Assembly: GCA_002427045.1 (NCBI GenBank) | Contig: DIPO01000066.1 | Location: 6 to 64,005 of the forward strand | Origin: Firmicutes bacterium UBA5486 | GTDB lineage: Bacteria > Bacillota > UBA4882 > UBA10575 | DNA: 64,000 nt | Reading direction: 5' to 3' | Part shown: in pieces, positions 37,213-46,748 of the stretch | Layout of the letters: every line of letters starts with the position of its first letter | How positions within the stretch are numbered: the stretch's first letter is position 1 | The notes under the pieces: generated by a model | The model's database searches: none | What the model was told of the DNA's origin: nothing | The model's input: only the letters and a program-made list of their open reading frames with translations | Position numbers and translations under genes: made by a program

Positions 37213-39698
37213 TTTATCACCATCTTCCGCCTGTTAAGAAGCTGCATCAATCCGGGGCGGCCTGCTGGGATCAGAATCTCCCTCATCACCGTAGTAAAAG
37301 AAAAACCCATAGCATATCCAGCCATAACCTCATCCATATTTAACTGGTGAAATTTCTCTACTACCTGGTAGAATATTATTCCTAAGAAGCCACCGGCTAA
37401 GAAAAAATGGAAATCTGATAAATATGGGATCTGTGCCCCGGAAAGCTTAATCGTCGCCCATAACCAAATAGCACCTATCGCAGCTGAATATAACCAGGGA
37501 AAGACCTTCCGGCAAATCTTAATCCCTATACCTTTTCTCTGTTTTAGACTCGCATCTTCCAGTGGAGCAATCAAGTCTAAATGATGGAGCATTGCCAGTA
37601 CAGGCGCTTGATCGAAAAGAAAGGCCATAATCCCTAAAATTATTACAGTAAGGGCCGCAATTACCCCTCTTACCTCCTGAAGAAGCCTTGATAATTCATT
37701 CCTAACATCAGTTTGAATAGTTCCGGGAGGTAAAGACTGAATCCTTACTTCATCAGAATCAAAGAAACTTTTGATCAGTTTGGTAACTTCTTTCTTACTA
37801 TATCCGGCATTGAGAAAAAGCTGTAATTTCTCTCCAGATGCCACTTCTCCCCCTAAATAATTATCAAGCAAAGTAATGGTTTTCCCGATCTCTTCATCCT
37901 GCAATTTAGGTAGTGAAGACTGAACCACTTTTAGTTCATCAATAATCATCGTCAAATTAGTCCCTTCCAATGCCCCAAAACCTGATTCCAGCGGGGTTAA
38001 TCCTTGACGCAAGCCGGAAAGATCTAATTCCTCTAATTCTTTTAGACTCTCAGCATTCATTCCGATTAGTTCAGCAATTCCCTCTAAAGAGCCATCTTCT
38101 CCCCCGCTTGTTCTATAAACCTTATTAAGTTGTTCTGCAAGATTAGCCGTTCCCTGCTTCCACCGTAATAAAACCTCAACCAATGGGTTAAATCGGTTAA
38201 TAAAATCATCAAGGCTCTTAGCTTTACTTCTTAAGTCTTCAATCAGCCCGGTGATTCCCTGGCCTAGAGAAGTAATCCGCTCCCCAAGGTCACCATAATA
38301 CCCTGAGTTTTTAAGCGCCAGCCCCATTTGGGTAAAAGTCTGAACCCCTTCTAAACCATCTATGGCTTTATCTAGTTGATTCTCCGCCCACCGTAAACGG
38401 GCCAAATTATCCGCCATATTTTGAAGTTCAGTTCCGGTACCTTCCAGTAAAGTAGAGAGCCTTCTAATTTTCTGTAAATCCGGGGTTCCGGTTCCCAGCC
38501 CATTAATACTTTGGAGTGCAGCCTGAATGGTCTCTGCAGCAGCAAGCACTTGTCCAGCCTGTGAAGGGAGATCCTGAATACTATTCACTTGCTCCAGAAG
38601 TTTAATTGATTCATCCAACACTTTTACTAATCGTTCTTTCGGACTATCTGTAATAATACTGGCAACTATATCTCCAGTTTTATTATCTTCTACTACTAAA
38701 CGGGCTGAAGGATCAGAGATCAGACTGGAATCTCCCTGGACAATTAGGCCCTCCATTCTCCCTTCTTGTTCCGCAGAAGTAATTTTAACCAATACATCCT
38801 CAGTTTTAACCGGTTCTCCTTTTTTCAAAGGCTGAGCTTCGTTACTTCCTAAAGCCAATACATCACCGGGATTAAGCACTATACCCGATATAGGGATAAT
38901 AAAAACCTGACCGGCATATGAAAGAAGAAACTTTTTCATTTCTGCCATGGTCATTAATAGAGCCTGCCGCTCATCAGAACTTTCTCCGGATGTAACATCA
39001 CGAATAAAAGTAACTCCTCCCTTACCCGCCAGTAAACTGCTGAGAATTTTCCCGGCCTCGATTGCATTTTCTACATTATACTCAGAAGGAAACCTAACCT
39101 CCAAAAGGCGATAGCTTGCTAAAATACCCTCAAGCTCTTTTTTTACTTTTTTAATTTCTGCTCTTTGGTCTAGAATAATAGCAATACTTGAGCCATCTTG
39201 GAAGGCAAAACTAACATCAGGTATCTTTTCTACTTCCCTGATAAAAAGGTCCATTACACTTCGGGGAATCCCGGAAATGGTAAGTCGTGGTTCGGTCATT
39301 AAACTAAAACTACTACTCCCTGGGACATCCCGGAAATAATAATTTAAATTTGTAAATACCCTTTTAGTACGATACTTTGTCGGTAACCCAATAAAGACTG
39401 TTGTTTTCCCGGCAATACTTATACCGGTTTTTAGAACAGCTCCAGGTAACTTCTCCTGGATAATCTGTTTAAACCGTGAAAGTGCAACCCCTTTTAAATC
39501 ATTACGAACCTGAAAAAACAGATCATATTCCCCAACATCACCCATTAAGCCAGCTATCGTCTGAGTAAAATAGCGATCAGCTAACAACCCAGCACCAGCT
39601 GCCAATATTGATGACAGAAAGATACTAAGTAAAACCCAGATTATTAGATCCTTAATAAACTTTTCGCGGAAAATACTTAACATAATATTCTCCTCCAT
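37209..39698 (-). CDS. Large (829 aa) membrane protein with a truncated EAA-loop permease-like C-terminus
   Basis: The protein has one N-terminal TM helix followed by a predicted ectodomain of about 600 aa. The ectodomain contains Leu/Gly-rich helical repeats. Three C-terminal TM helices follow. The motif G-x9-I-x-I-P (AMGFSFTTVMREILIPAGRPG, 37254-37313) lies 14 residues from the end. I recognised no family. Confidence 0.6.
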   Translation of the reverse strand: MEENIMLSIFREKFIKDLIIWVLLSIFLSSILAAGAGLLADRYFTQTIAGLMGDVGEYDLFFQVRNDLKGVALSRFKQIIQEKLPGAVLKTGISIAGKTTVFIGLPTKYRTKRVFTNLNYYFRDVPGSSSFSLMTEPRLTISGIPRSVMDLFIREVEKIPDVSFAFQDGSSIAIILDQRAEIKKVKKELEGILASYRLLEVRFPSEYNVENAIEAGKILSSLLAGKGGVTFIRDVTSGESSDERQALLMTMAEMKKFLLSYAGQVFIIPISGIVLNPGDVLALGSNEAQPLKKGEPVKTEDVLVKITSAEQEGRMEGLIVQGDSSLISDPSARLVVEDNKTGDIVASIITDSPKERLVKVLDESIKLLEQVNSIQDLPSQAGQVLAAAETIQAALQSINGLGTGTPDLQKIRRLSTLLEGTGTELQNMADNLARLRWAENQLDKAIDGLEGVQTFTQMGLALKNSGYYGDLGERITSLGQGITGLIEDLRSKAKSLDDFINRFNPLVEVLLRWKQGTANLAEQLNKVYRTSGGEDGSLEGIAELIGMNAESLKELEELDLSGLRQGLTPLESGFGALEGTNLTMIIDELKVVQSSLPKLQDEEIGKTITLLDNYLGGEVASGEKLQLFLNAGYSKKEVTKLIKSFFDSDEVRIQSLPPGTIQTDVRNELSRLLQEVRGVIAALTVIILGIMAFLFDQAPVLAMLHHLDLIAPLEDASLKQRKGIGIKICRKVFPWLYSAAIGAIWLWATIKLSGAQIPYLSDFHFFLAGGFLGIIFYQVVEKFHQLNMDEVMAGYAMGFSFTTVMREILIPAGRPGLMQLLNRRKMVIK

Positions 39699-39980
39699 GT
39701 TTACGATTATAACATATCATCCGCTACATAGAAGACGGTAATTACTGTTTATCAAGGTAGATAAAACAAGCTTTAAAAAAATAATTAGCCCTAGTAGGGC
39801 TCTGTTAAACTTAATTTTATATTTAGTAATATAAATTATTAATTAAAATTTATTTACCAATATTTATAGTGAATGGTTACATCTTAAATCAACCAATTAT
39901 GCAATTCCTTAGTATTACGAAAAGGATATCTTTCGGATAAATAGAATAACAGAAGAATAAGTTTAATAGGAGGTCCCCAA

Positions 39981-41126
39981 ATGGAGAATAACAACCGAAT
40001 AGAAAGATTTACTGGGTTTACGCTAGGAATTAATCCCCTTTTTACTCTACTTGCCACCATTTACTTAAGTATTTTTAAAACCCGAGGTCTTTTTAAAAAA
40101 ATTAAAACCGACAGCATTAATTTGTATTTTTGGTTACTACTGGCTATATCTGGGGTAATAAGCATTATTTATGCAATAAATAAGACTACTGCTATCTCTT
40201 GTTTTTTTATCCCTTTCCTTTTTATTTGGCTATATATACTTGGAAGATGGATTATTAAAGATCCCGCTTGCTTTATACAAGATCTAATCAGAGGAGTAAC
40301 CGTACTATCTTTAATTACTGTTATTGCTAAGCTTTTTAATTTAAATTGGTCTTTAGGTAATTTTAAGCTCTTGTCAAGGTTTGGCAAAGGTGGGCGAGGG
40401 GAAATTCTATATATTGCTGATAACGGCCTGGGAATACTTTTTCAAACAGGCGTAGTCGGCGCAATTGGTAGTTTGATTATCTATTGGAAAGAAAAACTTT
40501 ATATCAAAGAGAATATCATTGCCTTTTTTCTTTGTACCTGTGGTTTAGTTATTTCTGGTTCAAGAGGTGCTATGGTTGGTTCATTAATTGCTATAGTATT
40601 TCTTGTGATAAAAAACGGTTTCTACCCAATCTTAGGAGCAGGGTTAGTGTCAACTATTCTTTGTTTATTTTCTAAGGAACGCTTTATTTCCGCTTTTAGG
40701 CTCCAGGACCATATGACAAGAATTCGAATCTGGAAAAGCTCCTTAAATATTATTAAAGATTACCCGTTTTTCGGAGTTGGCCCTGGAAATTTCGGAGCTA
40801 TCTACGAGAAATATAAACCAGAAATATTTAAAGCAAATAACTATAATGTCTCATGCGCACATAGTAATTATTTGAATATCTTTATCGGTTGGGGTATCAT
40901 CGGTGGCTTGCTTTTCTGGGGTTGGCAGTTATTCATATTAATCAGAGCAGCTATTAAAGGTTTAACTCCTCTACAGAGAGTTATTATTGCTATTTTAATC
41001 TCCTTTTATGTTCATATTGCAATAAATGACTTATTTGCTGCTTATTCCGGATTTCTCTTAGGTTTAATTGATCATCAGTCATTTAAAAAAAGTGCCCAAT
41101 TAAAAAATACTGAACAATCAGTATAG
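39981..41126 (+). CDS. O-antigen ligase/polymerase family (Wzy_C) membrane protein
   Basis: The protein is polytopic. It has SGSRGAMVG and a later H-containing loop (CAHSNYLNIFIGWGIIG) typical of the RfaL/Wzy_C family. Confidence 0.7.
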   Translation: MENNNRIERFTGFTLGINPLFTLLATIYLSIFKTRGLFKKIKTDSINLYFWLLLAISGVISIIYAINKTTAISCFFIPFLFIWLYILGRWIIKDPACFIQDLIRGVTVLSLITVIAKLFNLNWSLGNFKLLSRFGKGGRGEILYIADNGLGILFQTGVVGAIGSLIIYWKEKLYIKENIIAFFLCTCGLVISGSRGAMVGSLIAIVFLVIKNGFYPILGAGLVSTILCLFSKERFISAFRLQDHMTRIRIWKSSLNIIKDYPFFGVGPGNFGAIYEKYKPEIFKANNYNVSCAHSNYLNIFIGWGIIGGLLFWGWQLFILIRAAIKGLTPLQRVIIAILISFYVHIAINDLFAAYSGFLLGLIDHQSFKKSAQLKNTEQSV

Positions 41127-41132
41127 CTTTTT

Positions 41133-41245
41133 CTTAGTAGTCCCCCTACCCTAGCTTTGCAAGGGTATCTAAAAGGATAAATGAGAACTTTCATCTATAG
41201 CTTACAAAGGCTGTCATTCGTATAAGTAGCCTGCGACGATTTTCT
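41133..41245. repeat. Type-1 intergenic repeat, inverted copy
   Basis: The reverse complement of 41185-41219 is GAATGACAGCCTTTGTAAGCTATAGATGAAAGTTC. This matches 57341-57376 with one indel. The flanks are also similar. Confidence 0.75.
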
Positions 41246-41302
41246 AGATGTATTTTTATTTTAATAAAGTAGAATAACTCAGGATTTTCCTGAATTATTC
41301 TA

Positions 41303-42604
41303 CTAAGGCCTCGGTTTCACATAGTATTCAGTTATTACCTCCTGTAGTAAGTCCGTTAAACGCTGGGCTGCTCCTGATTCACCCACTGTCTCCCGAAGAC
41401 ACTTGGAAATATTAAGAAGTCTAGCTCGATTTTTTAGCATATCAATAGCAACCTTCGCTACTTCATCCGGAGAAAGTCCACCAATTAATTCCGGAGTAAT
41501 TAATTTCCCAGCTAATCGATTCGGCCAGGCCGTAAACTTTATCTTCGCTTGAACTTTGGGAAGCAATCTTCTCTTTAGTTCCTTTCCTAAAACTGGGATC
41601 CTTCCAATTATACCTGCAATACCCTCAAGTGGAATCTCCTCCGGATGATTCAATGGTACAGTTACAATCATCGGTACCCCCATAAAAGATAGTTCAATAG
41701 TATTGGTTCCCGGGATGGTAAGGGCCAAGTCTGCCCAGTTCATTAAGTCATACTGGTGTCCACGGAAACAGGGGATGTTAACACCGGAACTAGTTTTAAT
41801 CTGACCAAGAGATTGCCATTCCAAAGAAGTTCTTTTGTCTTCTCCAGGAATATAAACAGCAGATAGTCCCCATGCTTTCGCTATAGAACCGGAGATCGCT
41901 TCAATTAATTGATGTTTAGATACAAAAGGCGAGATACTGACTGCTGGAATCAGATCTGGCATCTGACTCTTAATTATTTCCGCTGCTTTTAGAAAAAAAA
42001 CCAACATGTAATGGAAATGAGCAGGACGGCTTCCCGGCATTAGTAAGAGCCCCGGACTTGTCTGGTTTCCTAGTACCTGCTTCATCTTTTCTTTACTAAA
42101 GCTAGGCTTAACAGCATCTAACATCAGATTTCCAATCACCCGGGTCTTCTTTTTTATCGAATCTTTTTTAATCTTCTCAGCCATATAGTGATAAGGTACA
42201 GCAAACCTTGCGAAAGATTTTTCCCAATTTACCAATCCTTCTGTATAAGCTACCGCCGGGTAATGGAGTCGCTTTCCTAAAAGAGCAGCATAGGTAAGAT
42301 CCCCGCCTAAAAAAAGTACAATCCCGCACTCCGAAGGGTAGAACCCTTTTGGTAGTTTTCCCGTCAGAGTATATCGAATAGTCTCTTTAGCTCCTATTAC
42401 CTTATCAACCTGAGGAATTGCCTTAACAACCTCGGCTTCAGCTCCACTGGCAAATGGACAGGGTGGAATAAAAACCGTAATCCTGCTTTCCCAAGGTAGA
42501 TGCTCTAGTGCAACTGAAACTGGTTTAAGCCAACCCGAGACTTCTCCCGGGCTGTTAACCGTAATTACAACATCTAAAGGTTCTTTCATATTAAATACCA
42601 CCAA
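41303..42604 (-). CDS. Probable lipid-A-disaccharide synthase (GT19, LpxB-like)
   Basis: The N-terminal NSPGEVSG and the C-terminal IPGTNTIELSFMGVPMIV resemble LpxB motifs (GE.SGD and SGT.TLE....G.PMVV). Confidence 0.5.
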   Translation of the reverse strand: MVVFNMKEPLDVVITVNSPGEVSGWLKPVSVALEHLPWESRITVFIPPCPFASGAEAEVVKAIPQVDKVIGAKETIRYTLTGKLPKGFYPSECGIVLFLGGDLTYAALLGKRLHYPAVAYTEGLVNWEKSFARFAVPYHYMAEKIKKDSIKKKTRVIGNLMLDAVKPSFSKEKMKQVLGNQTSPGLLLMPGSRPAHFHYMLVFFLKAAEIIKSQMPDLIPAVSISPFVSKHQLIEAISGSIAKAWGLSAVYIPGEDKRTSLEWQSLGQIKTSSGVNIPCFRGHQYDLMNWADLALTIPGTNTIELSFMGVPMIVTVPLNHPEEIPLEGIAGIIGRIPVLGKELKRRLLPKVQAKIKFTAWPNRLAGKLITPELIGGLSPDEVAKVAIDMLKNRARLLNISKCLRETVGESGAAQRLTDLLQEVITEYYVKPRP

Positions 42605-42807
42605 TACATTAGTTTAATTCTAAGATTCTTTAAACATTTAATTATTTCCTTTATAGTTATGAATCGTTATTTTTAAACTTAAAAAATCCTCTAATTTTAC
42701 ATACTCCATAAAATCTTCATTTTTGTCTATAGTAGCAAGGATTGACGACCAGAGGATGGAGATGTTATATTTATAGTAGCACCTAGAATGAAAAAGGAGC
42801 TGTTTTA

Positions 42808-43710
42808 GTGAAACCAGAAGCTAGTGTAGTAATCCCTGCCTACAATTCCCAAGATATTCTCCCTCATTGCTTAAACTCTTTGATTGAACAAACTGCAAAC
42901 CCTACTACTTACGAAATCATAGTAATAGATGATGGTTCAACAGATCATACCCCAGAAATTGTGAAGGATTATATTAATAAGGCTCCTTGTATACTTCGTT
43001 ACATTAGACTAGAACGTTCAGGACGATCCAGAGCCCGTAATACTGGAGTTATGGCTGCTAAAGGAAGACTTATCATCTTTCTAGATAGTGATATGATCGT
43101 ACGGAAAGAATTTGTAGAAAGCCATCTTACCGCCCATAATCATCCAGGTTTAATCGTTAATGGTTCAGTTATTAATACGGAAAAGCCAGCTGATCCTAAC
43201 CAAAAATCAAAGCGAGTAAATGATCTATCTAGAGCTTTTTTTGCCACTGGAAATGTATCTGTTGAGCGGGACAAAATAATTGAAGCCGGCCTTTTCGATG
43301 AAGATTTTATCGAATACGGATGGGAAGATCTAGAGCTTGGGCAACGTTTAAGGCGGCTTGGTTTAAAAAGAATCAAAAGCCTAACCGCCTGGAGTTACCA
43401 TGTTCAAGCTCCGATCACCTCCGAAAAAGTACCGGGAATACTAAGAAAAGAAAAAGAACGAGGACATACAGCCGTCTTATTTTACCGTAAAGACCCTTCT
43501 TTTAGAGTTAAAATGACGACTTTAATCTCCCCCATCTTCTTTCTCTGGGTTAAAATTCTTACTCCTTTTCGCTGGCCAGAACGTCCAGGTACTATTCGAT
43601 TACTGAATTTCCTAGAAAAAAACAGATGCAAGTTTACCTTTAACCTCATTCTTGCTATTATGCAAAGTCATGCTTATGTTGATGGTATTAAGGAAGCACT
43701 TGTTGAATAG
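42808..43710 (+). CDS. Family 2 glycosyltransferase
   Basis: SVVIPAYNSQD...IIVIDDGSTD...FLDSDM is the classic GT2 pattern. The start codon is GTG, preceded by AAAGGAG. Confidence 0.85.
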   Translation: MKPEASVVIPAYNSQDILPHCLNSLIEQTANPTTYEIIVIDDGSTDHTPEIVKDYINKAPCILRYIRLERSGRSRARNTGVMAAKGRLIIFLDSDMIVRKEFVESHLTAHNHPGLIVNGSVINTEKPADPNQKSKRVNDLSRAFFATGNVSVERDKIIEAGLFDEDFIEYGWEDLELGQRLRRLGLKRIKSLTAWSYHVQAPITSEKVPGILRKEKERGHTAVLFYRKDPSFRVKMTTLISPIFFLWVKILTPFRWPERPGTIRLLNFLEKNRCKFTFNLILAIMQSHAYVDGIKEALVE

Positions 43711-43714
43711 CCCG

Positions 43715-44944
43715 TTATCCCCGTTGATCAAAATACTCTTTTATCTGCAGGGCAATTCTTCGAGCTCCACCCGGTTCTCCCATTCGCTCCCGGCCAATCG
43801 CCCCCATCTTCTCCTTTATTGAAGCATCTGTAAGAATCCTTAAAATTTCTCCGGCAGTTACAGATGGTTCCCTCTCCACTAAACTTATAGAATCCCCTAA
43901 TAATCTTTTTTGTATTTTTACAAATTTCTCAGAGAATTGCGGCCCTCTTCCAGGGAAAGTCACCACGGGCTTACCTAAACCTACAGCTTGCTCATTACCG
44001 GTTCCGGCAAGTCCAATCACCAGATCACTAGCAGCTAGGATATCGGCAAACCTCCCTTTAACCACAGTGATACAAAAACTCTGCTCCTGATCCGGGGAAC
44101 AAAGGTGCCCAACTATGCCATTAGTAGCTTCTTCAGCAGTAATCTTTCTACTTGTCCATCCGCTAGGACCTAACTTCTCTCTGATTTCCGAAAAATCCAG
44201 TCCACCAGCTAAAGCTACTAAATAACGGCGGGATTTATTAATACCTTTATTACGAACTAAATTTTCAAAAGCTACTAACGACTCAGATAGATCCTTCATA
44301 TTTTCATAAGCTTCAAAACGGCTTCCCGGAAGTAAGGAGATCACCCACCCGTCCTGCATACTGAAATACTCCGGATCTTTATAATATAAGCAATCCATCA
44401 TCAAATTCCCGGCAAAGATGGCTGGTAATCCATGACTAGCTAGTGATTTTCCGGTAATAGCATCCCGAGGAAATATCTTTTGACAGAAGCGGCGCATTAG
44501 ACCTATCTCGATCTTCCAATGAGGAGAAATATAATCAGATTTAGCTGTCGGAAGAAAAAAGAGCGGTTTTCGAAGAAAAAAACCAGCCAATATTATTAGA
44601 TATACGTCACCAACACATACCGCCAAGTCAATACTTTCCCTCACCTTTTTTAAATTCCGGATCTGTCTACCAGTTAATCCCAGAAGGCCTCCCCTTATAT
44701 CCATCATTAAATTCCGGAAACTATTCCGAGAAAATCCCCCACTAGGAAGATCTTCTCCCTCCATAAGTATGGAAATCCCTTTATCTGTATATGCTTGGCC
44801 TGCTCCAACAATCGGCAAAGCAATAATCTCCATTTCTGGCACAGTTTCCGCTAATTGTCCACCTAAAACTGCAGAAATCTGGTCTTCTCCATGTCCATTG
44901 CTGATTAAAAGAATCCGGTTACGTTTCACTCTCATTTCACACAC
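43715..44944 (-). CDS. Lipid-A-disaccharide synthase-related protein (GT19-like paralogue)
   Basis: ILLISNGHGED and GLAGTGNEQAVGLGKPVV match my memory of the LpxB-related family seen in cyanobacteria and Firmicutes. Confidence 0.5.
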   Translation of the reverse strand: MCEMRVKRNRILLISNGHGEDQISAVLGGQLAETVPEMEIIALPIVGAGQAYTDKGISILMEGEDLPSGGFSRNSFRNLMMDIRGGLLGLTGRQIRNLKKVRESIDLAVCVGDVYLIILAGFFLRKPLFFLPTAKSDYISPHWKIEIGLMRRFCQKIFPRDAITGKSLASHGLPAIFAGNLMMDCLYYKDPEYFSMQDGWVISLLPGSRFEAYENMKDLSESLVAFENLVRNKGINKSRRYLVALAGGLDFSEIREKLGPSGWTSRKITAEEATNGIVGHLCSPDQEQSFCITVVKGRFADILAASDLVIGLAGTGNEQAVGLGKPVVTFPGRGPQFSEKFVKIQKRLLGDSISLVEREPSVTAGEILRILTDASIKEKMGAIGRERMGEPGGARRIALQIKEYFDQRG

Positions 44945-44948
44945 CTTA

Positions 44949-46727
44949 TTAAATATTGTCTGCTCTCATTAACCCACTTCTATACATTCTTGTATATAAA
45001 CCATCCGCAGCCAACAATTCCCCGTGGGTTCCTTCCTCCACAATCTTTCCGCCTGCTAATACCAGAATTTTATGAGCACATTGTACTGTAGAAAGCCGGT
45101 GAGCAATAATAAAAGCTGTCCTACCTTTCATTAAATACTCTAAAGCCTCTTGAACTAGGCGTTCAGATTCCGAATCTAAAGCCGAAGTTGCTTCATCTAA
45201 AATAAGAATCCGCGGATCACGCAAGAGTGCCCGGGCAATAGCAATCCGCTGTTTTTGTCCCCCAGAAAGTTTTGAACCTCTCTCTCCAGCTAAAGTATCA
45301 TATCCTTCAGGTAGATCCATAATAAAATCATGAGCATTTGCCATCTTAGCAGCATCTATAATCTCTTTTTCAGTTGCTCCAGGCCTACCGTAAGCAATGT
45401 TTTCCCGAACTGAAACGCCAAAAAGTATCGTTTCCTGTGGCACTAATCCAATCTGTTGGCGGAGATAAGAAATCTTGATCTTTTTAATGTTTTGTCCATC
45501 TACCAATATTTCTCCACTAATAGGATCATAAAAGCGGGGAATTAAATTAACCAAGCTAGTTTTCCCGGCCCCGCTGGGGCCTACCAAAGCAATAATCTCA
45601 CCAGGTGCTACTTTCAAATTTATATTGGAAAGAACTATATTATCTTTCTGGTATCCAAAGGTCACATCTTTAAATTCCACTTCACCAGAAAACGAGGACA
45701 AGGAAATGGCATTTGGTGCCTCTCTTAATTCTTCCTGGTAATCTAAGACCTCAAAAAGACGGTCCGCCGCAGCCAAAGCCTGTTGTAAATTATTAAAAAT
45801 ATTAGTAAGGACCGTTATTGGAGTTCCAACCATAGCAATATAGGTAAAGAAAGTAATTAGTTTACCAGTAGTTAATCTTCCTTGTAAGACCTCTATTCCA
45901 CCATACCAAAGGACAATAGCTAACCCGACAACAAAAAGTATTTCTACAGTAGGAGTAAGAAAAGCCAAAGCTTGAGCAGACTTCATACTAGCCTGAAAAC
46001 TAGCTTCATTTTCTTTAGCAAACCGCTTAGCTTCATGTTTTTCCATGGTAAAAGCCTTAACCACTCTAATCCCGGAAAATGTTTCCTGTAGAATATCTGT
46101 TAAATCGGCTACAGTCTCTTGAACCCGGTGACTGATACCCCTAATCTTTTTACCCGCCTTAGAAACAACATAAATAATAAAAGGAACAACAGTAAAAGTC
46201 AAAAGCGTCAACCGCCAATTAATCAGAAGAACCGCTACAAATATACCAATCAGAAGAAATGATTGTGTCAATAAAGAGACAACTCCAGTAGAAACTATCG
46301 ACTGAATCTGCCCTACATCACTAGTAATCCTGGCAATCATTTCTCCAGTTCGCTGCGACTCATGAAAACCCATGGACATCCTCTGTAAATGTTGGTATAC
46401 CTGGTTGCGTAAGTTAGTCACTATCCGCTGCCCTACATAGGAAGTAAGGTACCTTTGAAAATAGGAAAATACCCCCTTTAAAAGCATAAGCACTACCACG
46501 CCCACCACAATTAGATTAAGTAAGGCAAAATTCCCCTCGGTATTTAGCACCTTATCTATCAGATAATTACCAAAAATATACGGAAAAGAAAGATTAATTA
46601 AGGATACAATCGCCATCGCAATAATCGCAGTAGCAAATTGCTTCCAATATGGTTTAATATATGAAAAAAGCCGAATGCCTGTTTTCATCTTTTTATCTTT
46701 TTCCATACGATCTTTATTTTTTTTCAA
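44949..46727 (-). CDS. msbA: Lipid A/lipid export ABC transporter with fused permease and ATPase
   Basis: The protein has a six-TM exporter domain plus a nucleotide-binding domain (GPSGAGKTS, LSGGQKQR, ILILDEATSALD). It lies in an LPS-cluster context. Confidence 0.75.
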   Translation of the reverse strand: MKKNKDRMEKDKKMKTGIRLFSYIKPYWKQFATAIIAMAIVSLINLSFPYIFGNYLIDKVLNTEGNFALLNLIVVGVVVLMLLKGVFSYFQRYLTSYVGQRIVTNLRNQVYQHLQRMSMGFHESQRTGEMIARITSDVGQIQSIVSTGVVSLLTQSFLLIGIFVAVLLINWRLTLLTFTVVPFIIYVVSKAGKKIRGISHRVQETVADLTDILQETFSGIRVVKAFTMEKHEAKRFAKENEASFQASMKSAQALAFLTPTVEILFVVGLAIVLWYGGIEVLQGRLTTGKLITFFTYIAMVGTPITVLTNIFNNLQQALAAADRLFEVLDYQEELREAPNAISLSSFSGEVEFKDVTFGYQKDNIVLSNINLKVAPGEIIALVGPSGAGKTSLVNLIPRFYDPISGEILVDGQNIKKIKISYLRQQIGLVPQETILFGVSVRENIAYGRPGATEKEIIDAAKMANAHDFIMDLPEGYDTLAGERGSKLSGGQKQRIAIARALLRDPRILILDEATSALDSESERLVQEALEYLMKGRTAFIIAHRLSTVQCAHKILVLAGGKIVEEGTHGELLAADGLYTRMYRSGLMRADNI

Positions 46728-46748
46728 AGATTTTTCTCCTCTAAAATC

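Noticed and set aside
39895-39909. AATTATGCAATTCC, shared with the cas1-cas2 gap (2590-2603). A looser TAAGGAATTGTAT occurs at 56543-56555. Together they could be a common operator.
   Set aside because: Several 14-mer repeats are expected by chance in 64 kb of AT-rich DNA. Only the local triple-box arrangement at 2562-2602 is reported as a finding.
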